Origin: Takakia lepidozioides
Taxonomy: Eukaryota > Plantae > Bryophyta
Assembly (NCBI GenBank): GCA_030704615.1
Contig: CM060734.1
Location: 25,420,001-25,484,000 of the forward strand
Direction: 5' to 3'
DNA: 64,000 nucleotides
A program made the position numbers and the translations under genes. The notes below the pieces were generated by a model. The model was not told the origin of the DNA. It was given only the letters and a program-made list of their open reading frames with translations, and did not search any database. Of the stretch, positions 45,727-61,300 are shown one piece after another. The number at the start of each line of letters is the position of its first letter. The stretch's first letter is position 1.

Positions 45727-46309
45727 GGATGAAATTTTCATATTTCAATGGTCCAAATAGACAATGGAAGATTTGGACCCAATGTATACCCAAAGACAAA
45801 ACACAAGCAACAAATTTATAGAATAAATTAAATCAACATATAAACTCAACATAAAATATCAAAGAGTCCTTGAAATTGGTACTGAAGACAACTCAGAATA
45901 GTATGAATCAAAATTGATTAAAAGATGGAACAACGTAACACATGTGTATAGAAATACTTAAAATATCAAATGACCATCAAAACTTGAAGTTGGGGATGAG
46001 GCTTGTAAAAGTTCCGTTGGTCATTTTGTTATTTAAGGATTTATGTACACATGTGTGGATTTGTTCCAGGTGGAGAACATCAACATTGGAAAAAGTAGAC
46101 ATGGAGAAGCACCGCATTACGAAGTAAAAGACACTACAAAAAGAGCTTCAAAATGCATACCGTGTAACAGGTCCTGGTCTAATATGAGACGAAACGAAAT
46201 CCATTCAATGGGCGATCGAATGGTTAACCATCCAAATGATTTTCGTTTGCTTTCAATCTTTACCACTATATGAGACGAATCGAAAATCGTGAAATGGGCC
46301 AACGGATGG

Positions 46310-49300
46310 TTTTTCATTCGCTTCGAGACTTGGCCAATATGTTCAATGTACCATCTGATAGGTCCCAGAGTAATATGAGATCCAATGAAATTCGTTCAAT
46401 GGGCCAATGAGGCATTCACCTGTCATCCAATTTTGTTCATTGAGAAAAAAAAAAAATGCTCTCATGGGTGAAAAGCTATTGCACCCATTGAACAGATGAC
46501 GTTGAGGCCCATCTTTTGCCCGCATGTCCTTGAACATGTGCGCAACACATGTGAGGAGATACAACAGAAGAAAAAAATCATTTGCCTCCCCAGGGACACG
46601 CTCACCCCTCAACCGATTCGAATCTAAATGAATTTGAAGCAAATAATTAGGCTTCCGCTGCCTTTGATTTGGGGTTTCTGCTACGTATCGATTTTATTTT
46701 TGGCTCAATTTTGTTGTGCGGCTTCAAGCCTCCCACCGCTACATCCCTGCAAAAAATTTGGACCAAACAAAATTGAAAAACAAATTAAAAAAAAAATGTT
46801 CTCTTCGCTCACTATTGCAGAACTCTCTATGAAGACTGCATGTAATAGAACGCAAATCAAGTTTGAAAGTGCAAAACAGGGAAGAAACTGTGGTTTTGGG
46901 TCCAATTGAATTTTGTTCACTCCCAAATTTGGCACGCACGTAACATATATTGTCGTTACACATACGGTTCAAAAATAGAATGGAAAAAAAATCATGTGCA
47001 CGCGAGACGCAGTTCAACAGGTCCACAGTAATAGCAGATGAACCAAATTCATCGAATGGGTCAACGGATGGTTGCCTATCCAAATCATTTTTGTTTCCTT
47101 TCAAGCTTTGCCAGTACGTTTTGGTACACCCTCTCACAGGTCCCGCATAATGAAACGAAATTTATTCAATGGCTCAACGAATGGTTGCCCATCGAAATGG
47201 TTTTGGTTCGCTTTGACTTGGCCAGTATGTTGAATGTACCATGTAGAGGTCCCAGAGTAATATGAGATGAAACAAAAATCGTTCAATGGGCCAACAGATG
47301 GTTGCCCATCGAAATGATTTTCGTTCGCGTTGAGACTTGGCCAGTATGTTCAATGTACCATCTGATAGGTCCCAGAGTAATATGAGATCCAATGAAATTC
47401 GTTCGATGGGCCAATGAGGCGTTCACCTGTCATCCGATTTTGTTCATTGGGGAAAAAGAAATGTTGTCATTGGTGAAAGGCTATTGCACCCATTGAACAG
47501 ATGAGGTTGAGGCCCATCTTTTGCTCGCATGTGCTTGAACATGTGTGCAACACATGTGAGGAGATACAACAGAAGAAAAAAAATCATTTGCCTCCGCAGG
47601 GACGCGCTCACCCCTCAACCAATTCGAGAATTTAATTGAATTTAAATGAATTTGAAGCAAATAATTAGGTTTCCACTGCTTTTGATTGGGGATTTCTGCT
47701 ACGTATCGATTTTATTTTTGGCTCAATTTTGTTGTGCGGCTTCAAGCCTCCCACCGCTACATCCCTGCAAAACTTTGGACCAAACAAAATTGAAAACAAA
47801 TAAAAAAGAAATGTTCTCTTCGCTCATTATTGCAAAACTCTCTATGAAGACTGCATGTAATAGAACGCAAATCAAGTTTGAAGTGCAAAACAGGGAAGAA
47901 ACTGTGGTTTTGGGTCCAATTGAATTTTGTTCACTCCCAAATTTGGCACGCACGTAACATATATTGTCGTTACACATACGGTTCAAAAATAGAATGGAAA
48001 AAAAATCATGTGCACGCGAGACGCAGTTCAACAGGTCCCACAGTAATAGCAGATGAACCAGAATTCATCGAATGGGTCAACGGATGGTTGCCTATCCAAA
48101 TCATTTTGTTTCCTTTCAAGCTTTGCCAGTACGTTTGGTACACCCTCTCACAGGTCCCGCATTAATATGAGATGAAACGAAATTTATTCAATGGCTCAAC
48201 GAATGGTTGCCCATCGAAATGGTTTTGGTTCGCTTTGAGACTTGGCCAGTATGTTGAATGTACCATGTAAGAGGTCCCAGAGTAATATGAGATGAAACAA
48301 AAATCGTTCAATGGGCCAAACAGATGGTTGCCCATCGAAATGATTTTCGTTCGCGTTGAGACTTGGCCAGTATGTTCAATGTACCATCTGATAGGTCCCA
48401 GAGTAATATGAGATCCAATGAAATTCGTTCGATGGGCCAATGAGGCGTTCACCTGTCATCCGATTTTGTTCATTGGGAAAAAGAAATGTTGTCATTGGTG
48501 AAAGGCTATTGCACCCATTGAACAGATGAGGTTGAGGCCCATCTTTTGCTCGCATGTGCTTGAACATGTGTGCAACACATGTGAGGAGATACAACAGAAA
48601 GAAAAAAAATCATTTGCCTCCGCAGGGACGCGCTCACCCCTCAACCAATTCGAGAATTTAATTGAATTTAAATGAATTTGAAGCAAATAATTAGGTTTCC
48701 ACTGCTTTTGATTGGGGATTTCTGCTACGTATCGATTTTATTTTTGGCTCAATTTTGTTGTGCGGCTTCAAGCCTCCCACCGCTACATCCCTGCAAAACT
48801 TTGGAAAAACAAAATAAAAAAGAAATGTTCTCTTCGCTCATTATTGCAAAACTCTCTATGAAGACTGCATGTAATAGAACGCAAATCAAGTTTGAAAGTG
48901 CAAAACAGGGAAGAAACTGTGGTTTTGGGTCCAATTGAATTTTGTTCACTCCAAATTTGGCACGCACGTAACATATATTGTCGTTACAACATACGGTTCA
49001 AAAATAGAATGGAAAAAAAATCATGTGCACGCGAGACGCAGTTCAACAGGTCCCACAGTAATAGCAGATGAACCAGAATTCATCGAATGGGTCAACGGAT
49101 GGTTGCCTATCCAAATCATTTTTGTTTCCTTTCAAGCTTTGCCAGTACGTTTGGTACACCCTCTCACAGGTCCCGCATTAATATGAGATGAAACGAAAAT
49201 TTATTCAATGGCTCAACGAATGGTTGCCCATCGAAATGGTTTTGGTTCGCTTTAGACTTGGCCAGTATGTTGAATGTACCATGTAAGAGGTCCCAGAGTA

Positions 49301-52300
49301 ATATGAGATGAAACAAAAATCGTTCAATGGGCCAACAGATGGTTGCCCATCGAAATGATTTTCGTTCGCGTTGAGACTTGGCCAGTATGTTCAATGTACC
49401 ATCTGATAGGTCCGCAGAGTAATATGAGATCCAATGAAATTCGTTCGATGGGCCAATGAGGCGTTCACCTGTCATCCGATTTTGTTCATTGGGAAAAAGA
49501 AATGTTGTCATTGGTGAAAGGCTATTGCACCCATTGAACAGATGAGGTTGAGGCCCATCTTTTGCTCGCATGTGCTTGAACATGTGTGCAACACATGTGA
49601 GGAGATACAACAGAAGAAAAAAAAAAATCATTTGCCTCCGCAGGGACGCGCTCACCCCTCAACCAATTCGAGAATTTAATTGAATTTAAATGAATTTGAA
49701 GCAAATAATTAGGTTTCCACTGCTTTTGATTGGGGATTTCTGCTACGTATCGATTTTATTTTTGGCTCAATTTTGTTGTGCGGCTTCAAGCCTCCCACCG
49801 CTACATCCCTGCAAAACTTTGGACCAAACAAAAAAAAAAATAAAAAGAAATGTTCTCTTCGCTCATTATTGCAAAACTCTCTATGAAGACTGCATGTAAT
49901 AGAACGCAAATCAAGTTTGAAGTGCAAAACAGGGAAGAAACTGTGGTTTTGGGTCCAATTGAATTTTGTTCACTCCCAAATTTGGCACGCACGTAACATA
50001 TATTGTCGTTACACATACGGTTCAAAAATAGAATGGAAAAAAAATCATGTGCACGCGAGACGCAGTTCAACAGGTCCCACAGTAATAGCAGATGAACCAG
50101 AATTCATCGAATGGGTCAACGGATGGTTGCCTATCCAAATCATTTTTGTTTCCTTTCAAGCTTTGCCAGTACGTTTGGTACACCCCTCTCACAGGTCCCG
50201 CATTAATATGAGATGAAACGAAAATTTATTCAATGGCTCAACGAATGGTTGCCATCGAAATGGTTTTGGTTCGCTTTGAGACTTGGCCAGTATGTTGAAT
50301 GTACCATGTAAGAGGTCCCAGAGTAATATGAGATGAAACAAAAATCGTTCAATGGGCCAACAGATGGTTGCCCATCGAAATGATTTTCGTTCGCGTTGAG
50401 ACTTGGCCAGTATGTTCAATGTACCATCTGATAGGTCCCAGAGTAATATGAGATCCAATGAAATTCGTTCGATGGCCAATGAGGCGTTCACCTGTCATCC
50501 GATTTTGTTCATTGGGAAAAAGAAATGTTGTCATTGGTGAAAGGCTATTGCACCCATTGAACAGATGAGGTTGAGGCCCATCTTTTGCTCGCATGTGCTT
50601 GAACATGTGTGCAACACATGTGAGGAGATACAACAGAAGAAAAAAAATCATTTGCCTCCGCAGGGACGCGCTCACCCTCAACCAATTCGAGAATTTAATT
50701 GAATTTAAATGAATTTGAAGCAAATAATTAGGTTTCCACTGCTTTTGATTGGGGATTTCTGCTACGTATCGATTTTATTTTTGGCTCAATTTTGTTGTGC
50801 GGCTTCAAGCCTCCCACCGCTACATCCCTGCAAAACTTTGGACCAAACAAAATAAAAAAGAAATGTTCTCTTCGCTCATTATTGCAAAACTCTCTATGAA
50901 GACTGCATGTAATAGAACGCAAATCAAGTTTGAAGTGCAAAACAGGGAAGAAACTGTGGTTTTGGGTCCAATTGAATTTTGTTCACTCCCAAATTTGGCA
51001 CGCACGTAACATATATTGTCGTTACACATACGGTTCAAAAATAGAATGGAAAAAAAATCATGTGCACGCGAGACGCAGTTCAACAGGTCCCACAGTAATA
51101 GCAGATGAACCAGAATTCATCGAATGGGTCAACGGATGGTTGCCTATCCAAATCATTTTTGTTTCCTTTCAAGCTTTGCCAGTACGTTTGGTACACCCTC
51201 TCACAGGTCCCGCATTAATATGAGATGAAACGAAAATTTATTCAATGGCTCAACGAATGGTTGCCCATCGAAATGGTTTTGGTTCGCTTTGAGACTTGGC
51301 CAGTATGTTGAATGTACCATGTAAGAGGTCCAGAGTAATATGAGATGAAACAAAAATCGTTCAATGGGCCAACAGATGGTTGCCCATCGAAATGATTTTC
51401 GTTCGCGTTGAGACTTGGCCAGTATGTTCAATGTACCATCTGATAGGTCCCAGAGTAATATGAGATCCAATGAAATTCGTTCGATGGGCCAATGAGGCGT
51501 TCACCTGTCATCCGATTTTGTTCATTGGGAAAAAGAAATGTTGTCATTGGTGAAAGGCTATTGCACCCATTGAACAGATGAGGTTGAGGCCCATCTTTTG
51601 CTCGCATGTGCTTGAACATGTGTGCAACACATGTGAGGAGATACAACAGAAGAAAAAAAATCATTTGCCTCCGCAGGGACGCGCTCACCCCTCAACCAAT
51701 TCGAGAATTTAATTGAATTTAAATGAATTTGAAGCAAATAATTAGGTTTCCACTGCTTTTGATTGGGGATTTCTGCTACGTATCGATTTTATTTTTGGCT
51801 CAATTTTGTTGTGCGGCTTCAAGCCTCCCACCGCTACATCCCTGCAAAACTTTGGACCAAACAAAATAAAAAAGAAATGTTCTCTTCGCTCATTATTGCA
51901 AAACTCTCTATGAAGACTGCATGTAATAGAACGCAAATCAAGTTTTGAAGTGCAAAACAGGGAAGAAACTGTGGTTTTGGGTCCAATTGAATTTTGTTCA
52001 CTCCCAATTTTGGCACGCACGTAACATATATTGTCGTTACACATACGGTTCAAAAATAGAATGGAAAAAAAAATCATTGCACGCGAGACGCAGTTCAACA
52101 GGTCCACAGTAATAGCAGATGAACCAGAATTCATCGAATGGGTCAACGGATGGTTGCCTATCCAAATCATTTTTGTTTCCTTTCAAGCTTTGCCAGTACG
52201 TTTGGTACACCCCTCTCACAGGTCCCGCATTAATATGAGATGAAACGAAAATTTATTCAATGGCTCAACGAATGGTTGCCCATCGAAAATGGTTTTTGGT

Positions 52301-55300
52301 TCGCTTGAGACTTGGCCAGTATGTTGAATGTAATACCATGTAAGAGGTCCCAGAGTAATATGAGATGAAAACAAAATCGTTCAATGGGCCAACAGATGGT
52401 TGCCCATCGAAATGATTTTCGTTCGCGTTGAGACTTGGCCAGTATGTTCAATGTACCATCTGATAGGTCCCAGAGTAATATGAGATCCAATGAAATTCGT
52501 TCGATGGGCCAATGAGGCGTTCACCTGTCATCCGATTTTGTTCATTGGGAAAAAGAAATGTTGTCATTGGTGAAAGGCTATTGCACCCATTGAACAGATG
52601 AGGTTGAGGCCCATCTTTTGCTCGCATGTGCTTGAACATGTGTGCAACACATGTGAGGAGATACAACAGAAGAAAAAAAATCATTTGCCTCCGCAGGGAC
52701 GCGCTCACCCCTCAACCAATTCGAGAATTTAATTGAATTTAAATGAATTTGAAGCAAATAATTAGGTTTCCACTGCTTTTGATTGGGGATTTCTGCTACG
52801 TATCGATTTTTGGCTCAATTTTGTTGTGCGGCTTCAAGCCTCCCACCGCTACATCCCTGCAAAACTTTGGACCAAACAAAATAAAAAAGAAATGTTCTCT
52901 TCGCTCATTATTGCAAAACTCTCTATGAAGACTGCATGTAATAGAACGCAAATCAAGTTTGAAGTGCAAAACAGGGAAGAAACTGTGGTTTTGGGTCCAA
53001 TTGAATTTTGTTCACTCCCAAATTTGGCACGCACGTAACATATATTGTCGTTACACATACGGTTCAAAAATAGAATGGAAAAAAAATCATGTGCACGCGA
53101 GACGCAGTTCAACAGGTCCCACAGTAATAGCAGATGAACCAGAATTCATCGAATGGGTCAACGGATGGTTGCCTATCCAAATCATTTTTGTTTCCTTTCA
53201 AGCTTTGCCAGTACGTTTGGTACACCCTCTCACAGGTCCCGCATTAATATGAGATGAAACGAAAATTTATTCAATGGCTCAACGAATGGTTGCCCATCGA
53301 AATGGTTTTGGTTCGCTTTGAGACTTGGCCAGTATGTTGAATGTACCATGTAAGAGGTCCCAGAGTAATATGAGATGAAACAAAAATCGTTCAATGGGCC
53401 AACAGATGGTTGCCCATCGAAATGATTTTCGTTCGCGTTGAGACTTGGCCAGTATGTTCAATGTACCATCTGATAGGTCCCAGAGTAATATGAGATCCAA
53501 TGAAATTCGTTCGATGGGCCAATGAGGCGTTCACCTGTCATCCGATTTTGTTCATTGGGAAAAAGAAATGTTGTCATTGGTGAAAGGCTATTGCACCCAT
53601 TGAACAGATGAGGTTGAGGCCCATCTTTTGCTCGCATGTGCTTGAACATGTGTGCAACACATGTGAGGAGATACAACAGAAGAAAAAAAAATCATTTGCC
53701 TCCGCAGGGACGCGCTCACCCCTCAACCAATTCGAGAATTTAATTGAATTTAAATGAATTTGAAGCAAATAATTAGGTTTCCACTGCTTTTGATTGGGGA
53801 TTTCTGCTACGTATCGATTTTATTTTTGGCTCAATTTTGTTGTGCGGCTTCAAGCCTCCCACCGCTACATCCCTGCAAAACTTTGGACCAAACAAAATAA
53901 AAAAGAAATGTTCTTCGCTCATTATTGCAAAACTCTCTATGAAGACTGCATGTAATAGAACGCAAATCAAGTTTGAAGTGCAAAACAGGGAAGAAACTGT
54001 GGTTTTGGGTCCAATTGAATTTTGTTCACTCCCAAATTTGGCACGCACGTAACATATATTGTCGTTACACATACGGTTCAAAAATAGAATGGAAAAAAAA
54101 TCATGTGCACGCGAGACGCAGTTCAACAGGTCCCACAGTAATAGCAGATGAACCAGAATTCATCGAATGGGTCAACGGATGGTTGCCTATCCAAATCATT
54201 TTTGTTTCCTTTCAAGCTTTGCCAGTACGTTTGGTACACCCTCTCACAGGTCCCGCATTAATATGAGATGAAACGAAAATTTATTCAATGGCTCAACGAA
54301 TGGTTGCCCATCGAAATGGTTTTGGTTCGCTTTGAGACTTGGCCAGTATGTTGAATGTACCATGTAAGAGGTCCCAGAGTAATATGAGATGAAACAAAAA
54401 TCGTTCAATGGGCCAACAGATGGTTGCCCATCGAAATGATTTTCGTTCGCGTTGAGACTTGGCCAGTATGTTCAATGTACCATCTGATAGGTCCCAGAGT
54501 AATATGAGATCCAATGAAATTCGTTCGATGGGCCAATGAGGCGTTCACCTGTCATCCGATTTTGTTCATTGGGAAAAAGAAATGTTGTCATTGGTGAAAG
54601 GCTATTGCACCCATTGAACAGATGAGGTTGAGGCCCATCTTTTGCTCGCATGTGCTTGAACATGTGTGCAACACATGTGAGGAGATACAACAGAAGAAAA
54701 AAAAATCATTTGCCTCCGCAGGGACGCGCTCACCCCTCAACCAATTCGAGAATTTAATTGAATTTAAATGAATTTGAAGCAAATAATTAGGTTTCCACTG
54801 CTTTTGATTGGGGATTTCTGCTACGTATCGATTTTATTTTTGGCTCAATTTTGTTGTGCGGCTTCAAGCCTCCCACCGCTACATCCCTGCAAAACTTTGG
54901 ACCAAACAAAATAAAAAGAAATGTTCTCTTCGCTCATTATTGCAAAACTCTCTATGAAGACTGCATGTAATAGAACGCAAATCAAGTTTGAAGTGCAAAA
55001 CAGGGAAGAAACTGTGGTTTTGGGTCCAATTGAATTTTGTTCACTCCCAAATTTGGCACGCACGTAACATATATTGTCGTTACACATACGGTTCAAAAAT
55101 AGAATGGAAAAAAAATCATGTGCACGAGAATGAAAAAAAAAAACATGTTCACGCGAGACGCAGTTCACAGGTAGCAGATGAACCAGAATTCATCTATCCA
55201 AATCATTTTTGTTTCCCTTTCAAGCTTTGCCAGCTACGTTTGGTTACACCCTCTCACGTCCAGCACATTAATATGAGATGAAACGAAACTTATTCAATGG

Positions 55301-58300
55301 CTCACGAATGGTTGCCCATCGAAATGGTTTTGGTTCGCTTTGAGACTTGGCCCACAATATTTTGAATGTACCATGTAAGAGCCTGGTCCCAGAGTAATAT
55401 GAAGATAACAAAAATCGTTCAATGTGGCCAAACAGGATGGTTGCCCACGAAATGATTTTCGTTCGCGTTGAGACTTGGCAAGTATGTTCAATGTACCATC
55501 TGTAGGTCCCAGAAGTAATATGAGATCCAATGAAATTCGTTCGATGGGCCAATGAGGCGTTCAACTGTCATCCGATTTTGTTCATTGGGAAAAAGAAATG
55601 TTGTCATTGGTGAAAGGCTATGCACCCATTGAACAGATGAGGTTGAGGCCCATCTTTTCTCTTTTAGCTCGCTGTGCTTGAACATGTGTGCAACACAGTG
55701 AGGAGATACAACAGAAGAAAAAAAAATCATTTGCCTCCGCAGGGACGCGCTCACCCCTCAACCAATCGAGAATTTAATTGAATTTAAATGAATTTGAAGC
55801 AAATAATTAGGTTTCCACTGCTTTTGATTGGGGATTTCTGCTACGTATCGATTTTATTTTTGGCTCAATTTTGTTGTGCGGCTTCAAGCCCTCCCACCGC
55901 TACATCCCTGCAAAACTTTGACGACAAACAAAATAAAAAAGAAATGTTCTCTTCGCTCATTATTGCAAAACCTCTATGAAGACTGCATGTAATAGAACGC
56001 AAATCAAGTTTGAAGTGCAAAACAGGGAAGAAACTGTGGTTTTGGGTCCAATTGAATTTTGTTCACTCCCAAATTTGGCACGCACGTAACATATATTGTC
56101 GTTACACATACGGTTCAAAAATGAAGGAAAAAAAAAAATCATGTGCACGCGAGACGCAGTTCAACAGGTCCCACAGTAATAGCAGATGAACCAGAATTCA
56201 TCGAATGGGTCAACGGATGGTTGCCTATCCAAATCATTTTGTTTTTTTCCTTTCAAGCTTTGCCAGTACGTTTGGTACACCCTCTCACAGTCCCGCATTA
56301 ATATGAGATGAAACGAAATTTATTCAATGGCTCAACGAATGGTTGCCCATCGAAATGGTTTGGTTCGCTTTGAGACTTGGCCAGTATGTTGAATGTACCA
56401 TGTAAGAGGTCCCAGAGTAATATGAGATGAAACAAAAATCGTTCAATGGGCCAACAGATGGTTGCCCATCGAAATGATTTTCGTTCGCGTTGAGACTTGG
56501 CCAGTATGTTCAATGTACCATCTGATAGGTCCCAGAGTAATATGAGATCCAATGAAATTCGTTCGATGGGCCAGAGGCGTTCACCTGTCATCCGATTTTT
56601 TCATTGGGAAAAAGAAATGTTGTCATTGGTGAAAGGCTATTGCACCCATTGAACAGATGAGGTTGAGGCCCATCTTTTGCTCGCATGTGCTTGAACATGT
56701 GTGCAACACATGTGAGGAGATACAACAGAAGAAAAAAAATCATTGCCTCCGCAGGGACGCGCTCACCCCTCAACCATTCGAGAATTTAATTGAATTTAAA
56801 TGAATTTGAAGCAAATAATTAGGTTTCCACTGCTTTTGATCGGGGATTTCTGCTACGTATCGATTTTATTTTGGCTCAATTTTGTTGTGCGGCTTCAAGC
56901 CTCCCACCGCTACATCCCTGCAAAACTTTGGACCAAACAAAATAAAAAAAAATGTTCTCTTCGCTCATTATTGCAAAACTCTCTATGAAGACTGCATGTA
57001 ATAGAACGCAAATCAAGTTTGAAGTGCAAAACAGGGAAGAAACTGTGGTTTTGGGTCCAATTGAATTTTGTTCACTCCCAAATTTGGCACGCACGTAACA
57101 TATATTGTCGTTACACATACGGTTCAAAAATAGAATGGAAAAAAAATCATGTGCACGCGAGACGCAGTTCAACAGGTCCCACAGTAATAGCAGATGAACC
57201 AGAATTCATCGAATGGGTCAACGGATGGTTGCCTATCCAAATCATTTTGTTTCCTTTCAAGCTTTGCCAGTACGTTTGGTACACCCTCTCACAGGTCCCG
57301 CATTAATATGAGATGAAACGAAAATTTATTCAATGGCTCAACGAATGGTTGCCCATCGAAATGGTTTTGGTTCGCTTTGAGACTTGGCCAGTATGTTGAA
57401 TGTACCATGTAAGAGGTCCCAGAGTAATATGAGATGAAACAAAAATCGTTCAATGGGCCAACAGATGGTTGCCCATCGAAATGATTTTCGTTCGCGTTGA
57501 GACTTGGCCAGTATGTTCAATGTACCATCTGATAGGTCCCAGAGTAATATGAGATCCAATGAAATTCGTTCGATGGGCCAATGAGGCGTTCACCTGTCAT
57601 CCGATTTTGTTCATTGGGAAAAAGAAATGTTGTCATTGGTGAAAGGCTATTGCACCCATTGAACAGATGAGGTTGAGGCCCATCTTTTGCTCGCATGTGC
57701 TTGAACATGTGTGCAACACATGTGAGGAGATACAACAGAAGAAAAAAAAATCATTTGCCTCCGCAGGGACGCGCTCACCCCTCAACCAATTCGAGAATTT
57801 AATTGAATTTAAATGAATTTGAAGCAAATAATTAGGTTTCCACTGCTTTTGATTGGGGATTTCTGCTACGTATCGATTTTATTTTTGGCTCAATTTTGTT
57901 GTGCGGCTTCAAGCCTCCCACCGCTACATCCCTGCAAAACTTTGGACCAAACAAAATAAAAAAAAATGTTCTCTTCGCTCATTATTGCAAAACTCTCTAT
58001 GAAGACTGCATGTAATAGAACGCAAATCAAGTTTGAAGTGCAAAACAGGGAAGAAACTGTGGTTTTGGGTCCAATTGAATTTTGTTCACTCCCAAATTTG
58101 GCACGCACGTAACATATATTGTCGTTACACATACGGTTCAAAAATAGAATGGAAAAAAAATCATGTGCACGCGAGACGCAGTTCAACAGGTCCCACAGTA
58201 ATAGCAGATGAACCAGAATTCATCGAATGGGTCAACGGATGGTTGCCTATCCAAATCATTTTTGTTTCCTTTCAAGCTTTGCCAGTACGTTTGGTACACC

Positions 58301-61300
58301 CTCTCACAGGTCCCGCATTAATATGAGATGAAACGAAAATTTATTCAATGGCTCAACGAATGGTTGCCCATCGAAATGGTTTTGGTTCGCTTTGAGACTT
58401 GGCCAGTATGTTGAATGTACCATGTAAGAGGTCCCAGAGTAATATGAGATGAAACAAAAATCGTTCAATGGGCCAACAGATGGTTGCCCATCGAAATGAT
58501 TTTCGTTCGCGTTGAGACTTGGCCAGTATGTTCAATGTACCATCTGATAGGTCCCAGAGTAATATGAGATCCAATGAAATTCGTTCGATGGGCCAATGAG
58601 GCGTTCACCTGTCATCCGATTTTGTTCATTGGGAAAAAGAAATGTTGTCATTGGTGAAAGGCTATTGCACCCATTGAACAGATGAGGTTGAGGCCCATCT
58701 TTTGCTCGCATGTGCTTGAACATGTGTGCAACACATGTGAGGAGATACAACAGAAGAAAAAAAAATCATTTGCCTCCGCAGGGACGCGCTCACCCCTCAA
58801 CCAATTCGAGAATTTAATTGAATTTAAATGAATTTGAAGCAAATAATTAGGTTTCCACTGCTTTTGATTGGGGATTTCTGCTACGTATCGATTTTATTTT
58901 TGGCTCAATTTTGTTGTGCGGCTTCAAGCCTCCCACCGCTACATCCCTGCAAAACTTTGGACCAAACAAAATAAAAAAGAAATGTTCTCTTCGCTCATTA
59001 TTGCAAAACTCTCTATGAAGACTGCATGTAATAGAACGCAAATCAAGTTTGAAGTGCAAAACAGGGAAGAAACTGTGGTTTTGGGTCCAATTGAATTTTG
59101 TTCACTCCCAAATTTGGCACGCACGTAACATATATTGTCGTTACACATACGGTTCAAAAATAGAATGGAAAAAAAATCATGTGCACGCGAGACGCAGTTC
59201 AACAGGTCCCACAGTAATAGCAGATGAACCAGAATTCATCGAATGGGTCAACGGATGGTTGCCTATCCAAATCATTTTTGTTTCCTTTCAAGCTTTGCCA
59301 GTACGTTTGGTACACCCTCTCACAGGTCCCGCATTAATATGAGATGAAACGAAAATTTATTCAATGGCTCAACGAATGGTTGCCCATCGAAATGGTTTTG
59401 GTTCGCTTTGAGACTTGGCCAGTATGTTGAATGTACCATGTAAGAGGTCCCAGAGTAATATGAGATGAAACAAAAATCGTTCAATGGGCCAACAGATGGT
59501 TGCCCATCGAAATGATTTTCGTTCGCGTTGAGACTTGGCCAGTATGTTCAATGTACCATCTGATAGGTCCCAGAGTAATATGAGATCCAATGAAATTCGT
59601 TCGATGGGCCAATGAGGCGTTCACCTGTCATCCGATTTTGTTCATTGGGAAAAAGAAATGTTGTCATTGGTGAAAGGCTATTGCACCCATTGAACAGATG
59701 AGGTTGAGGCCCATCTTTTGCTCGCATGTGCTTGAACATGTGTGCAACACATGTGAGGAGATACAACAGAAGAAAAAAAAATCATTTGCCTCCGCAGGGA
59801 CGCGCTCACCCCTCAACCAATTCGAGAATTTAATTGAATTTAAATGAATTTGAAGCAAATAATTAGGTTTCCACTGCTTTTGATTGGGGATTTCTGCTAC
59901 GTATCGATTTTATTTTTGGCTCAATTTTGTTGTGCGGCTTCAAGCCTCCCACCGCTACATCCCTGCAAAACTTTGGACCAAACAAAATAAAAAAGAAATG
60001 TTCTCTTCGCTCATTATTGCAAAACTCTCTATGAAGACTGCATGTAATAGAACGCAAATCAAGTTTGAAGTGCAAAACAGGGAAGAAACTGTGGTTTTGG
60101 GTCCAATTGAATTTTGTTCACTCCCAAATTTGGCACGCACGTAACATATATTGTCGTTACACATACGGTTCAAAAATAGAATGGAAAAAAAATCATGTGC
60201 ACGCGAGACGCAGTTCAACAGGTCCCACAGTAATAGCAGATGAACCAGAATTCATCGAATGGGTCAACGGATGGTTGCCTATCCAAATCATTTTTGTTTC
60301 CTTTCAAGCTTTGCCAGTACGTTTGGTACACCCTCTCACAGGTCCCGCATTAATATGAGATGAAACGAAAATTTATTCAATGGCTCAACGAATGGTTGCC
60401 CATCGAAATGGTTTTGGTTCGCTTTGAGACTTGGCCAGTATGTTGAATGTACCATGTAAGAGGTCCCAGAGTAATATGAGATGAAACAAAAATCGTTCAA
60501 TGGGCCAACAGATGGTTGCCCATCGAAATGATTTTCGTTCGCGTTGAGACTTGGCCAGTATGTTCAATGTACCATCTGATAGGTCCCAGAGTAATATGAG
60601 ATCCAATGAAATTCGTTCGATGGGCCAATGAGGCGTTCACCTGTCATCCGATTTTGTTCATTGGGAAAAAGAAATGTTGTCATTGGTGAAAGGCTATTGC
60701 ACCCATTGAACAGATGAGGTTGAGGCCCATCTTTTGCTCGCATGTGCTTGAACATGTGTGCAACACATGTGAGGAGATACAACAGAAGAAAAAAAAATCA
60801 TTTGCCTCCGCAGGGACGCGCTCACCCCTCAACCAATTCGAGAATTTAATTGAATTTAAATGAATTTGAAGCAAATAATTAGGTTTCCACTGCTTTTGAT
60901 TGGGGATTTCTGCTACGTATCGATTTTATTTTTGGCTCAATTTTGTTGTGCGGCTTCAAGCCTCCCACCGCTACATCCCTGCAAAACTTTGGACCAAACA
61001 AAATAAAAAAGAAATGTTCTCTTCGCTCATTATTGCAAAACTCTCTATGAAGACTGCATGTAATAGAACGCAAATCAAGTTTGAAGTGCAAAACAGGGAA
61101 GAAACTGTGGTTTTGGGTCCAATTGAATTTTGTTCACTCCCAAATTTGGCACGCACGTAACATATATTGTCGTTACACATACGGTTCAAAAATAGAATGG
61201 AAAAAAAATCATGTGCACGCGAGACGCAGTTCAACAGGTCCCACAGTAATAGCAGATGAACCAGAATTCATCGAATGGGTCAACGGATGGTTGCCTATCC

